NCBI GenBank assembly: GCA_947646915.1
Contig: CANSII010000003.1
Span: 5,010 to 69,009, forward strand
Direction: 5' to 3'
Length of the DNA: 64,000 nt
Origin: an uncultured Clostridium sp.
Lineage (GTDB): Bacteria > Bacillota > Clostridia > TANB77 > CAG-508
The notes under the pieces are model-generated. The model did not search any database. It was not told where the DNA came from and was given only the letters and a program-made list of their open reading frames with translations. The position numbers and the translations under genes are program-made. Below, in pieces: positions 9,868-18,356 of this stretch. Each line of letters opens with the position of its first letter. The first letter of the stretch is position 1.

Positions 9868-9900
9868 TGTCCATGTCCAAAGGGGACGTTTTCTTTTGGA
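9868..9900 (-). promoter_or_regulatory. GGACA-box motif in the smc 5' leader
   Basis: Read in smc sense: AAACGTCCCCTTTGGACATGGACA, ending 21 nt before the smc ATG. Same box before hydC, hydA and the 27638 gene. Confidence 0.6.
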
Positions 9901-9983
9901 TATATTTTCATTCTATAATATCTTTTAAAAAAAAGCAAGAATATTTTCTAACCTTTTTATTATACAAACGTGTATTTTGAGCC

Positions 9984-10003
9984 AGTCCCCAAAATGGACA
10001 TTT
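9984..10003 (+). promoter_or_regulatory. GGACA-box motif upstream of the por promoter
   Basis: AGTCCCCAAAATGGACATTT in por sense, 12 nt upstream of the -35 TTGACA. Confidence 0.5.
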
Positions 10004-10014
10004 CTAAAAATCTC

Positions 10015-10043
10015 TTGACATCAAAATTTATTTAGAATATACT
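10015..10043 (+). promoter_or_regulatory. sigma-A type promoter candidate for the por operon
   Basis: TTGACA (10015-10020), 17-nt spacer, TATACT (10038-10043). Confidence 0.5.
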
Positions 10044-10077
10044 TAACACATAAACAAAAATACAAGGAGGCTTTTAC

Positions 10078-10659
10078 ATGGATAATTTAATAGAAATTAG
10101 ATGGCATGGTAGAGGTGGACAAGGAGCAAAAACAGCATCACTATTATTGGCAGATGCAGCATTTAATACTGGAAAATATATACAAGGATTTCCAGAATAT
10201 GGACCAGAAAGAATGGGAGCTCCAATAACAGCATATAACAGAATAAGTGACAAACCAATAACAGTACATAGTAACATATATGAACCTGACTATGTAGTAG
10301 TTGTTGATGAAACACTATTAGAATCAGTACCAGTTACAGAAGGATTAAAAGAAACAGGAGCAATAGTAATAAACACAACAAAATCACCTGAATACTTAAA
10401 AAATGTATTAAAAGACTATAAAGGAAAAATATATACAATTGATGCAAGAAAAATATCAATAGAAGCATTAGGAAAATACTTTCCTAATACACCAATGCTT
10501 GCAGCAATAGTAAAAGTAAGTGGAATTATGACAGACGAAGCATTTTTAGAAGATATGCAAGGATCATTTAAACATAAATTTGCAAAAAAACCAGAAGTAA
10601 TAGAAGGAAACATGAAAGCAATAAAATTGGCATTAAACAATGTTACAAAAATTCAATAG
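10078..10659 (+). CDS. porG: 2-oxoacid (pyruvate):ferredoxin oxidoreductase, gamma subunit
   Basis: 193 aa, GRGGQGAKTAS motif, first gene of a gamma-delta-alpha-beta operon, RBS AAGGAGG. Confidence 0.85.
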   Translation: MDNLIEIRWHGRGGQGAKTASLLLADAAFNTGKYIQGFPEYGPERMGAPITAYNRISDKPITVHSNIYEPDYVVVVDETLLESVPVTEGLKETGAIVINTTKSPEYLKNVLKDYKGKIYTIDARKISIEALGKYFPNTPMLAAIVKVSGIMTDEAFLEDMQGSFKHKFAKKPEVIEGNMKAIKLALNNVTKIQ

Positions 10660-10671
10660 GAGGGAAAAATC

Positions 10672-10977
10672 ATGACTAATATAAATAAAAATACACCTAT
10701 GGAAGATTTAAGCATAGGTGGAAACATTTATACAGCAGGAAATGCAAGAGAATTTAAAACAGGAGACTGGAGAAGTGTAAGACCAGTATGGATAGAAGAA
10801 AAATGTAAACAATGTGGTTTATGTTTTCCAGTTTGTCCTGATAATAGCATTCCTGTATGTAAAGATTCTTTAAAAAGAACTGATTACAATTATGACTATT
10901 GCAAAGGTTGTGGAGTATGTGCAAAAACATGTCCTTTTGCTGCAATAGAAATGAAGGAAGAAGGTGTAGATAAATAA
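10672..10977 (+). CDS. porD: 2-oxoacid:ferredoxin oxidoreductase, delta subunit (2x[4Fe-4S])
   Basis: Two ferredoxin motifs, CKQCGLCFPVCP and CKGCGVCAKTCP. Confidence 0.85.
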   Translation: MTNINKNTPMEDLSIGGNIYTAGNAREFKTGDWRSVRPVWIEEKCKQCGLCFPVCPDNSIPVCKDSLKRTDYNYDYCKGCGVCAKTCPFAAIEMKEEGVDK

Positions 10978-12167
10978 TGAGTATAAGAGAAAGATTAAGT
11001 GGTAATGAAGCAGTAGCTACAGCAATGAAGCAAATTAATCCTGATGTTGTTGCAGCATTTCCTATTACACCATCAACAGAAATTCCCCAGTATTTTTCAA
11101 CATTTGTTGCAAATGGTACAGTAGACACAGAATTTGTTGCAGTTGAAAGTGAACATAGCGCAATGAGTGCTTGTATTGGTGCACAGGCTGCAGGTTCAAG
11201 GGCTATGACAGCTACTTCTGCAAATGGTTTATCTTTAATGTGGGAAATGATTTATATAGCTTCAAGTTTAAGACTTCCAATTGTTTTAAATCTTGTTAAT
11301 AGAGCTGTATCAGGTCCATTAAATATACATTGTGACCATTCAGATGCAATGGGTGTTAGAGATGCTGGTTGGATAATGTTATTTTCAGAAAATAATCAAG
11401 AAGCTTATGATAATAATTTAATGGCTCATAAAATTGCCGAAAATAAAAATGTTCAACTTCCTGTAATGATTTGTCAAGATGGTTTTATAACTTCACATTC
11501 AATAGAAAATATTGAATTAGAAGAAGATTCAGAAGTTAAAAAGTTTGTTGGAGAGTATCATCCTGAACATTATTTATTAAACAAAAAAGAACCTATTGCA
11601 GTAGGTCCTCTAGATTTACAAGCATATTTATTTGAACATAAAGCTCAGCAAGGTGAAGCTATGAAGGCTGCAAAACAAGTTATTTTAGATATTTCTAAGG
11701 ATTTCGAAAAATGGACTGGTAGACATTATGGATTATTTGAAGAATATAAATTAGCGGATAGCGAAATTGCAATTGTTTGTATGAATTCAACTGCTGGAAC
11801 TGCAAAAGCTGTAATAGATAAATTAAGAGATAATGGTGTAAAGGCTGGTTTATTAAAAATTAGAGTTTATAGGCCTTTCCCTAGTAATGAAGTTGCTAAA
11901 GCTCTAAGTCATCTAAAAGCAATTGCTGTTTTAGATAGGTCAGATTCTTTAAATGCAATGGGTGGTGCTTTATTTGAAGATGTAACATCTAGTATGTATG
12001 TGGCTAAAAATCAAGTTCCTATGGTTAATTATATTTATGGTATTGGTGGTAGAGATACTACTGAGAATGATATTGAATCAGTTTATGCTGATTTAATTGA
12101 AATCGTTTCAAGTGGAAAAATAGAAAATCCATATAGATATTTAGGTTTAAGAAAGGAGGCAAAATAG
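10977..12167 (+). CDS. porA: 2-oxoacid:ferredoxin oxidoreductase, alpha subunit
   Basis: 396 aa, overlapping TAATG junction with the delta gene; order and size typical of porA/vorA. Confidence 0.85.
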   Translation: MSIRERLSGNEAVATAMKQINPDVVAAFPITPSTEIPQYFSTFVANGTVDTEFVAVESEHSAMSACIGAQAAGSRAMTATSANGLSLMWEMIYIASSLRLPIVLNLVNRAVSGPLNIHCDHSDAMGVRDAGWIMLFSENNQEAYDNNLMAHKIAENKNVQLPVMICQDGFITSHSIENIELEEDSEVKKFVGEYHPEHYLLNKKEPIAVGPLDLQAYLFEHKAQQGEAMKAAKQVILDISKDFEKWTGRHYGLFEEYKLADSEIAIVCMNSTAGTAKAVIDKLRDNGVKAGLLKIRVYRPFPSNEVAKALSHLKAIAVLDRSDSLNAMGGALFEDVTSSMYVAKNQVPMVNYIYGIGGRDTTENDIESVYADLIEIVSSGKIENPYRYLGLRKEAK

Positions 12168-12168
12168 T

Positions 12169-13119
12169 ATGGCATATAATTTGAAAGAAGTTGTAGCTAA
12201 TAAGCCTTCAAGATTTACAGAAGGTCATAGAATGTGTGCAGGATGTGGAGCACCAGTTGTAGCAAGACATATATTAAGAGCATTAAAAGAGGAAGACCAT
12301 GCAGTAATTGCAGGAGCAACAGGATGTATGGAAGTATCAACATTTATATATCCATATACAGCTTGGACAGATTCATTTGTACACACAGCCTTTGAATGTG
12401 CTGGTGCAACATTATCAGGTGCAGAAGCTGCATATAAATCACTTAAAAGACAAGGAAAACTACCACAAGATGAACATACAAAATTTATTGCTTTTGGTGG
12501 AGATGGTGGAACATATGATATAGGAATACAATCATTATCAGGCGCTATGGAAAGAGGACATGATATGTTGTATGTATGTTATGATAATGGTGCATATATG
12601 AATACAGGGATTCAACGTTCATCTGCTACACCAAAATTTGCAGATACAACAACATCACCTGCTGGAAAAGTAATTCCTGGTAAAATGCAATCAAGAAAAG
12701 ACTTAACTAAAATAATGGTTGAACATCATTTGCCTTATGTTGCACAAACTGCAGCTGTGAATAATATGAAAGATTTATATGAAAAAGCTGAAAAAGCTAT
12801 TTATACAGAAGGTCCAACATTTTTAAATGTTATGGCTCCTTGTCCAAGAGGATGGGGCTATTCAACTGAAGATTTAATGCAAATAAATAAATTAGCTGTA
12901 GAAACATGCTATTGGCCTTTATATGAAGTTGTTGATGGTGTTTATCATATTACTTATAAACCAATCAAGAAACTTCCTATAGAAGAATTCTTAAGACCAC
13001 AAAAGAGATTTAAACATATGTTTAATTCAGGTAATGAATGGATGATTGAAGAATTCCAAAAAGAAGTTGATAAAAGATGGCAAGAACTTTTAGATTTAGA
13101 ATCACTTAATAATAAATAA
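12169..13119 (+). CDS. porB: 2-oxoacid:ferredoxin oxidoreductase, beta subunit (TPP-binding)
   Basis: N-terminal CAGCG cluster ligands and TPP motif FGGDGGTYDIG...YDNGAYMNTG. Confidence 0.85.
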   Translation: MAYNLKEVVANKPSRFTEGHRMCAGCGAPVVARHILRALKEEDHAVIAGATGCMEVSTFIYPYTAWTDSFVHTAFECAGATLSGAEAAYKSLKRQGKLPQDEHTKFIAFGGDGGTYDIGIQSLSGAMERGHDMLYVCYDNGAYMNTGIQRSSATPKFADTTTSPAGKVIPGKMQSRKDLTKIMVEHHLPYVAQTAAVNNMKDLYEKAEKAIYTEGPTFLNVMAPCPRGWGYSTEDLMQINKLAVETCYWPLYEVVDGVYHITYKPIKKLPIEEFLRPQKRFKHMFNSGNEWMIEEFQKEVDKRWQELLDLESLNNK

Positions 13120-13131
13120 GAGAAAAAATTT

Positions 13132-13161
13132 AGGAAGTAAGTTTAGACTAACTTACTTCCT
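13132..13161. terminator. bidirectional terminator between porB and hydA
   Basis: AGGAAGTAAGTT (13132-13143) pairs with AACTTACTTCCT (13150-13161); A/T runs on both sides; convergent genes. Confidence 0.7.
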
Positions 13162-13168
13162 TATTAAA

Positions 13169-14923
13169 TTAATCAATATCATATTTTAATTTAGCACTAT
13201 ATGTAGTATGCAAATACTTATGAGCAACATGGCTTCCTGGTTTTTCTAAAAACTCATCATACAAATTTTTTATTACAGGATTTTCATGAGATTTTCTAAA
13301 AACACTTTTTTCATCAATTGAATATAAGCTCTCGCTTCTTAGTTTTCTAACATCTACAGTAGATCTTACTTTAGAACTTTTAATAGGTTGCCCTCCGCCC
13401 ATAACACAACCTCCAGGACAAGCCATTATTTCTACAAAATGGTAAGGAGATTTATTCTCTTTAATCTGTTCCATGATTTTCTTAGCATTAGCTAATCCAC
13501 TTGCAACTGCAATTTTTACATCTTTTCCAGCTACATTTATGGTTGCTTCTTTTATCCCCTTTTCTCCTCTCACTTCTTTATATTCTATCTTATCCATACT
13601 TTTATTTTCTAAAGTATCAACAGCTGTTCTTATTGCAGCCTCCATTACTCCGCCAGTAGTTCCAAAAATAGCACCTGCACCACTTGCTTCTCCCATAGGA
13701 CTATCGAAATCACTATCTTCTAATCCAACAAAATCAATATTAGCCTGTTTAATCATTCTAGCTAGCTCTCTTGTAGTAATAACATAATCAACATCTCTAA
13801 CGCCATCTACTTCCATTTCATCTCTTCTACATTCATATTTTTTTGCAATACATGGCATAACAGATACTGTACAAATTTTATTTCTATCAATTCCATATTT
13901 ATTTGCAAAATATGATTTAATAACTGCACCAAACATTTGATGTGGTGATTTACAGCTTGATAAATGATCTAAAAGCTCTTCATAATTTTTTTCTGCAAAT
14001 CTCACCCAACCAGGACTACAAGATGTTATCATTGGTAAAACTCCTTTTGTTTGAATTCTTTCAATAAACTCATTTGCCTCTTCCATAATTGTAAGGTCTG
14101 CAGCTGTATTTGTATCAAATATTTTATCAAATCCCATTCTTTTTAGTGCTGTTATCATTTTGCCTTTTGCATTAGTTCCAATTGGCATACCGAATTCCTC
14201 TCCAATTGCAACTCTAACTGCAGGTGCTGTTTGAACTACAACAAATGTATCAGGATCTTTTAATTTTGTCCAAACATCATTTATTGATTCTTTTTCATGT
14301 AATGCTCCTGTTGGACAACTTTCAATACATTGTCCACAAAATGTGCAATCAACATCATTTAAGCTATTATTATAAGTTGTAGAAATACAAGATTCAAAAC
14401 CTCTTTCAACACAATCTATTGCACCTATTCCTTGTACATTTTTACATGTTGCAACACATCTTCTACACAATATACATTTATTAAAATCTCTTACAATTGC
14501 AGGAGATTTATCATCTATTTTATGTTCTGTCATCTCACCTGCAAATTCTATGTCTAATATATTAAATTTTTCAGCTAATGCTTGTAATTCGCAATTTCCT
14601 GAACGTGTACATGTTAAACAATCTTTCGAATGGTTTGATATTATTAAATCTAAAATTACATGTCTTGCTTCTAAAACACTTGCTGTCTGTGTGTGTACTA
14701 CCATTCCTTCTTCAACTGTTTGTATGCATGATGTTGCAAATCCTTTTCTTCCTTCTATTTCTACTATGCACATTCTACAGTCTCCAACTTCATTTATTTC
14801 TTTTAAATAACATAGTGTTGGTATATCTATTCCAGCTTTCTTGGCTGCTTCTAATATTGTAGTTCCTTTTGGTACTGCTATTTTTTGGTTATCTATTGTT
14901 ATATTTACTAAATTTTCTTCCAT
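13169..14923 (-). CDS. hydA: [FeFe] hydrogenase catalytic subunit (HydA of HydABC type)
   Basis: N-terminal 2Fe-2S and 4Fe-4S domains; H-cluster motifs TSCSPGW, MPCIAKKYE, MACPGGCVMGGG. Start moved to MEENLVNITI (14923), 8 nt after AAGGAG. Confidence 0.9.
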   Translation of the reverse strand: MEENLVNITIDNQKIAVPKGTTILEAAKKAGIDIPTLCYLKEINEVGDCRMCIVEIEGRKGFATSCIQTVEEGMVVHTQTASVLEARHVILDLIISNHSKDCLTCTRSGNCELQALAEKFNILDIEFAGEMTEHKIDDKSPAIVRDFNKCILCRRCVATCKNVQGIGAIDCVERGFESCISTTYNNSLNDVDCTFCGQCIESCPTGALHEKESINDVWTKLKDPDTFVVVQTAPAVRVAIGEEFGMPIGTNAKGKMITALKRMGFDKIFDTNTAADLTIMEEANEFIERIQTKGVLPMITSCSPGWVRFAEKNYEELLDHLSSCKSPHQMFGAVIKSYFANKYGIDRNKICTVSVMPCIAKKYECRRDEMEVDGVRDVDYVITTRELARMIKQANIDFVGLEDSDFDSPMGEASGAGAIFGTTGGVMEAAIRTAVDTLENKSMDKIEYKEVRGEKGIKEATINVAGKDVKIAVASGLANAKKIMEQIKENKSPYHFVEIMACPGGCVMGGGQPIKSSKVRSTVDVRKLRSESLYSIDEKSVFRKSHENPVIKNLYDEFLEKPGSHVAHKYLHTTYSAKLKYDID

Positions 14924-14941
14924 AAATTTACTCCTTCTTTC

Positions 14942-15120
14942 ATGTCCATTGTTCATTGGGTGTCCATCGGGGACGTTTCTTTTTGGACATTATTTTGTGC
15001 AATGTCCATTGTAGATTTTTCCTTTCATTTTGCTTCGTTCGTTCATCGTCATTCAAAAAATTCTTCGAATTTTTTGTCTGCTAAATTTTTCAGATGACTT
15101 ATGAAAAGTTGGACATTTTT
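14942..15120 (-). repeat. GGACA-box composite element (paralogue of the hydC leader) in the hydB-hydA spacer
   Basis: About 110 nt are near-identical to 17589-17714 (GCAGACRAAAAATTCGAAGAATTTTTT..ATGACGATGAACGA..GAAAGGAAA). Ends are AAAAATGTCCA / TGGACAT. Confidence 0.75.
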
Positions 15121-15140
15121 CAACTTATAATAGAACTATA

Positions 15141-15203
15141 TTAAGCCAAATAATATTAACTTGAAAAAATGAGTTCGACTATGAGTCTTTTTATTTGGCT
15201 TAT
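15141..15203 (+). repeat. R140 element, internally deleted copy
   Basis: TTAAGCCAAATAATATTAACTTGAAAAAATGAGTTCGAC... closed by TTATTTGGCTTA; only the left conserved block is retained. Confidence 0.6.
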
Positions 15204-15210
15204 GTTATTT

Positions 15211-17067
15211 TTAATCAATAGCTTTAAATGGGCATGTAATAATACATGTGCCACACTTTATGCACTTGTCTTTATTTATCTTTCTAATATCTCTTCCCTC
15301 TCCCTCAATTGCATTAACAGGGCAATTTCTTTGGCATAATCCACAACCTTTACACTTTTCTTTATTTACAGATATATCTGACAATTCTTTACATTCTTTA
15401 GTTTTGCACTTCTTGTCTATAGCATGTTCTTTAAATTCTTCTCTAAAATATCTTAATGTGCTTAATACTGGATTTGGTGCACTTTGTCCTAAACCACATA
15501 TACTTGCTTTTTTTATATTTATAGCTAACTTTTCTAATTTATAAATATCATATTCTGTTCCTTCACCTTTACATAGTTTTTCCAATATTTCAAGCATTCT
15601 TTTTGTTCCTATTCTACATGGTGTACATTTCCCGCAGCTTTCTTTTACAGTAAATTCTAAATAGAATTTTGCTAAGTTTACCATACATTTAGTGTCATCC
15701 ATGACTATTAATCCACCTGATCCCATCATTGATCCTATAGCTGTTAATGATTCATAGTCTATTGGTGTATCTAAATGTTCTGCTGGTATACATCCACCTG
15801 AAGGGCCTCCTGTTTGTGCTGCTTTGAATTCTCTTCCTTTTGGTATTCCTCCTCCTATGTCATATACAATTTCTCTTAATGTTGTTCCCATTGGTACTTC
15901 TACAAGTCCTACATTATTTACATTTCCTCCTAATGCAAATACTTTTGTTCCTTTTGAGTTTTCTGTTCCTATGCTTGAATACCATTCTGCTCCTTTTAAA
16001 ATGATTTTTGTTATATTTGCTAATGTTTCTACATTATTTATAACTGTTGGTTTTCCAAATAGTCCTTTACTTGCAGGGTATGGTGGTTTTACTCTTGGTT
16101 GACCTCTTTTTCCTTCGATTGACTCTAATAATGCTGTTTCTTCTCCACATACAAATGCTCCTGCTCCAAGTCTAATATCTATATCAAATTTAAATCCTGT
16201 TCCAAGTATATTTTCCCCTAATAGTCCATATTCTCTTGCTTGTTTTATTGCTATTTTTAATCTTTGTACAGCTATTGGATATTCTGCTCTTACATATATG
16301 TATCCTTGATTTGCTCCTATTGCAAATCCTGCAATTGCCATTGCTTCTAATACACTATGTGGATCTCCCTCTAATATGCTTCTATCCATAAATGCCCCTG
16401 GATCTCCTTCATCTGCATTACATACTATATATTTTTGATCTCCTTCTTCTTTTTTTGCAAAGCTCCATTTCTTTCCTGTTGGAAACCCTGCTCCTCCACG
16501 ACCTCTTAATCCTGATTTTGTAATTACTTCAATTACTTTTTCTGAATCCATTTCTGTTAAAACTCTTTCTAATGCCTTATATCCATCAAATGCTATATAT
16601 TCATCTATATTTTCTGGGTCAATTATTCCACAGTTTTTTAATGCTATTCTTTCTTGCTTTTTATAAAAATCTAACTCATTTAGCTTATCTACTATATTTC
16701 CGTCTATATTTTTACATAATAATCTTTCTACTTTTTTTCCTTCAATTATATGCGAATTTATAATTTCTTCACAGTCTTGTGGATTTACATGTGCATAAAA
16801 TGTTTCCTCAGGTCTTATTATTACTATTGGACCTTTTGCACAAAGTCCAAAACATCCTGTTTGAATTACTCTCACATTTTTTATTTTTTTCTCTTCTATT
16901 ATTTTTCTAAGGTTTTCTATAATTTGGGGTGATTTTGATGATGTGCATCCTGTTCCTCTACATACCAATATATGTTTTTCTCTAGTATCTGCTTTTGTAT
17001 TTACTCTTAAATCTAGTTCAGCTCTTTTTTCTTTTCTTTTTTTTTCTATTTCTTCAATTGTTTTCAT
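15211..17067 (-). CDS. hydB: NADH-binding hydrogenase subunit HydB (NuoF-like)
   Basis: 618 aa; FMN/NADH module GRGGAGFPTGKKW, ESCGKCTPCR, C-terminal 2x[4Fe-4S] motifs. Confidence 0.9.
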   Translation of the reverse strand: MKTIEEIEKKRKEKRAELDLRVNTKADTREKHILVCRGTGCTSSKSPQIIENLRKIIEEKKIKNVRVIQTGCFGLCAKGPIVIIRPEETFYAHVNPQDCEEIINSHIIEGKKVERLLCKNIDGNIVDKLNELDFYKKQERIALKNCGIIDPENIDEYIAFDGYKALERVLTEMDSEKVIEVITKSGLRGRGGAGFPTGKKWSFAKKEEGDQKYIVCNADEGDPGAFMDRSILEGDPHSVLEAMAIAGFAIGANQGYIYVRAEYPIAVQRLKIAIKQAREYGLLGENILGTGFKFDIDIRLGAGAFVCGEETALLESIEGKRGQPRVKPPYPASKGLFGKPTVINNVETLANITKIILKGAEWYSSIGTENSKGTKVFALGGNVNNVGLVEVPMGTTLREIVYDIGGGIPKGREFKAAQTGGPSGGCIPAEHLDTPIDYESLTAIGSMMGSGGLIVMDDTKCMVNLAKFYLEFTVKESCGKCTPCRIGTKRMLEILEKLCKGEGTEYDIYKLEKLAINIKKASICGLGQSAPNPVLSTLRYFREEFKEHAIDKKCKTKECKELSDISVNKEKCKGCGLCQRNCPVNAIEGEGRDIRKINKDKCIKCGTCIITCPFKAID

Positions 17068-17083
17068 TCATTATCCCCTCCTT

Positions 17084-17566
17084 TTATTCTTTCATATATT
17101 TATCTATTACTTCATCAAATTGCTTTACTGTTGCATTTCCATAAACTTCATCATTTACCATAAATACAGGTGCTAGACCACATGCTCCTACACATCTGAC
17201 ATCATCTATTGAAAATTTGCCATCTTCTGTTACTTCTCCTGCTTCTATTTTTAATCTTTCTTTTGCTCTATCTAATATCTTTTGTGATCCTTTTACATAA
17301 CATGCTGTTCCTAAACAAATTGATATATTGTATTTTCCTTTTGGGGCTAATGTGAATCTTGAATAAAATGTTATAACTCCATATATTTCTGCCATTGGTA
17401 TTGATAGTTCTTCTGATATTGTTATTTGTGATTGTTTTGGTATATATCCATATTTTTCTTGTATTTCATTTAATATTTCTATTAATTGATTTCTTTCTTT
17501 TGGATATTTTTTTATTATTTCTCTTGTTTCTTCTTTTAGTTTTTTTATTACACATTTTTCTCCCAT
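17084..17566 (-). CDS. hydC: hydrogenase subunit HydC (NuoE-like 2Fe-2S)
   Basis: 160 aa; thioredoxin-like [2Fe-2S] ligands CLGTAC ... CVGACGLAP. Confidence 0.85.
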   Translation of the reverse strand: MGEKCVIKKLKEETREIIKKYPKERNQLIEILNEIQEKYGYIPKQSQITISEELSIPMAEIYGVITFYSRFTLAPKGKYNISICLGTACYVKGSQKILDRAKERLKIEAGEVTEDGKFSIDDVRCVGACGLAPVFMVNDEVYGNATVKQFDEVIDKYMKE

Positions 17567-17588
17567 TTGCTAACTTGCTCCCTTCTTC

Positions 17589-17714
17589 TGTCCATGTCCA
17601 TCTAGGACGTTTCCTTTCACTTCGCTTTGCTCGTTCATCGTCATCCAAAAAAATTCTTCGAATTTTTCGTCTGCCAAATTGCAATAGTTGATTTATGCAG
17701 AGCGAACATTTTTT
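17589..17714 (-). repeat. GGACA-box composite element forming the hydC 5' leader
   Basis: In hydC sense it ends GAAAGGAAACGTCCTAGATGGACATGGACA, 22 nt before the ATG; paralogous to 14942-15120. Confidence 0.75.
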
Positions 17715-17963
17715 GTTTTTTTGATTATATCAAATTATATTTTCTACTTCAATAATTTATGACAATTTTCTACATAGAATAAATTTCTGTAGGAAATTAA
17801 TGTACAATATATTTTATATAATATAAATTCAGTATGACTTTCCTATTATATAAAAAACTACCCTGCAAATTACCTTCCTTAAAACATATCTAAAATATAT
17901 TTTAAGGAAAATAATTCACAGGATAGTTTCCTTCTATGAATTCATATATTTATATTTTCATAA

Positions 17964-18242
17964 TTATTTTTTATTTACTAAATCTTTTAATGCTTTACCA
18001 GCTTTGAATACTGGAGCTTTTGATGCAGGTATTTTGATTTCTTCTTTAGTTTGTGGATTTCTACCTTTTCTAGCAGCTCTTTTTCTAACTTCGAAAGAAC
18101 CAAATCCTACTAATTGAACTTTGTCACCTTTAACTAATGCTTCAGTTACTACTTCTACGAAAGCGTTTACTGATGCTTCAGCAGCTTTTTTTGTGTCTCC
18201 TGTTTTTGCAGCTATTGCTGCGATTAATTCAGCTTTGTTCAT
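17964..18242 (-). CDS. hup: DNA-binding protein HU
   Basis: 92 aa, [11 protein letters not shown]...[28 protein letters not shown]. Confidence 0.95.
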   Translation of the reverse strand: MNKAELIAAIAAKTGDTKKAAEASVNAFVEVVTEALVKGDKVQLVGFGSFEVRKRAARKGRNPQTKEEIKIPASKAPVFKAGKALKDLVNKK

Positions 18243-18356
18243 TTAAATTACCTCCTATAAGATTTAATATTTATGTACTTTTATCGCCTGAACTAAGCAA
18301 TAACTGTACTTCTAATATCACTATTCGCCAACTTTCGCTAAAATCCTTCTTTTTTT

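Noticed and set aside
14924-14956. N-terminal extension MNNGHERRSKF of hydA given by the ORF track
   Set aside because: The extension is made of GGACA-box repeat sequence and has no RBS. The internal ATG at 14923 follows AAGGAG at ideal spacing.
17466-17684. 72-aa Arg/Lys-rich ORF overlapping the hydC start and its leader
   Set aside because: The paralogous leader copy upstream of hydA has stops in the equivalent frame, so the conservation is at the nucleotide level. There is no RBS.
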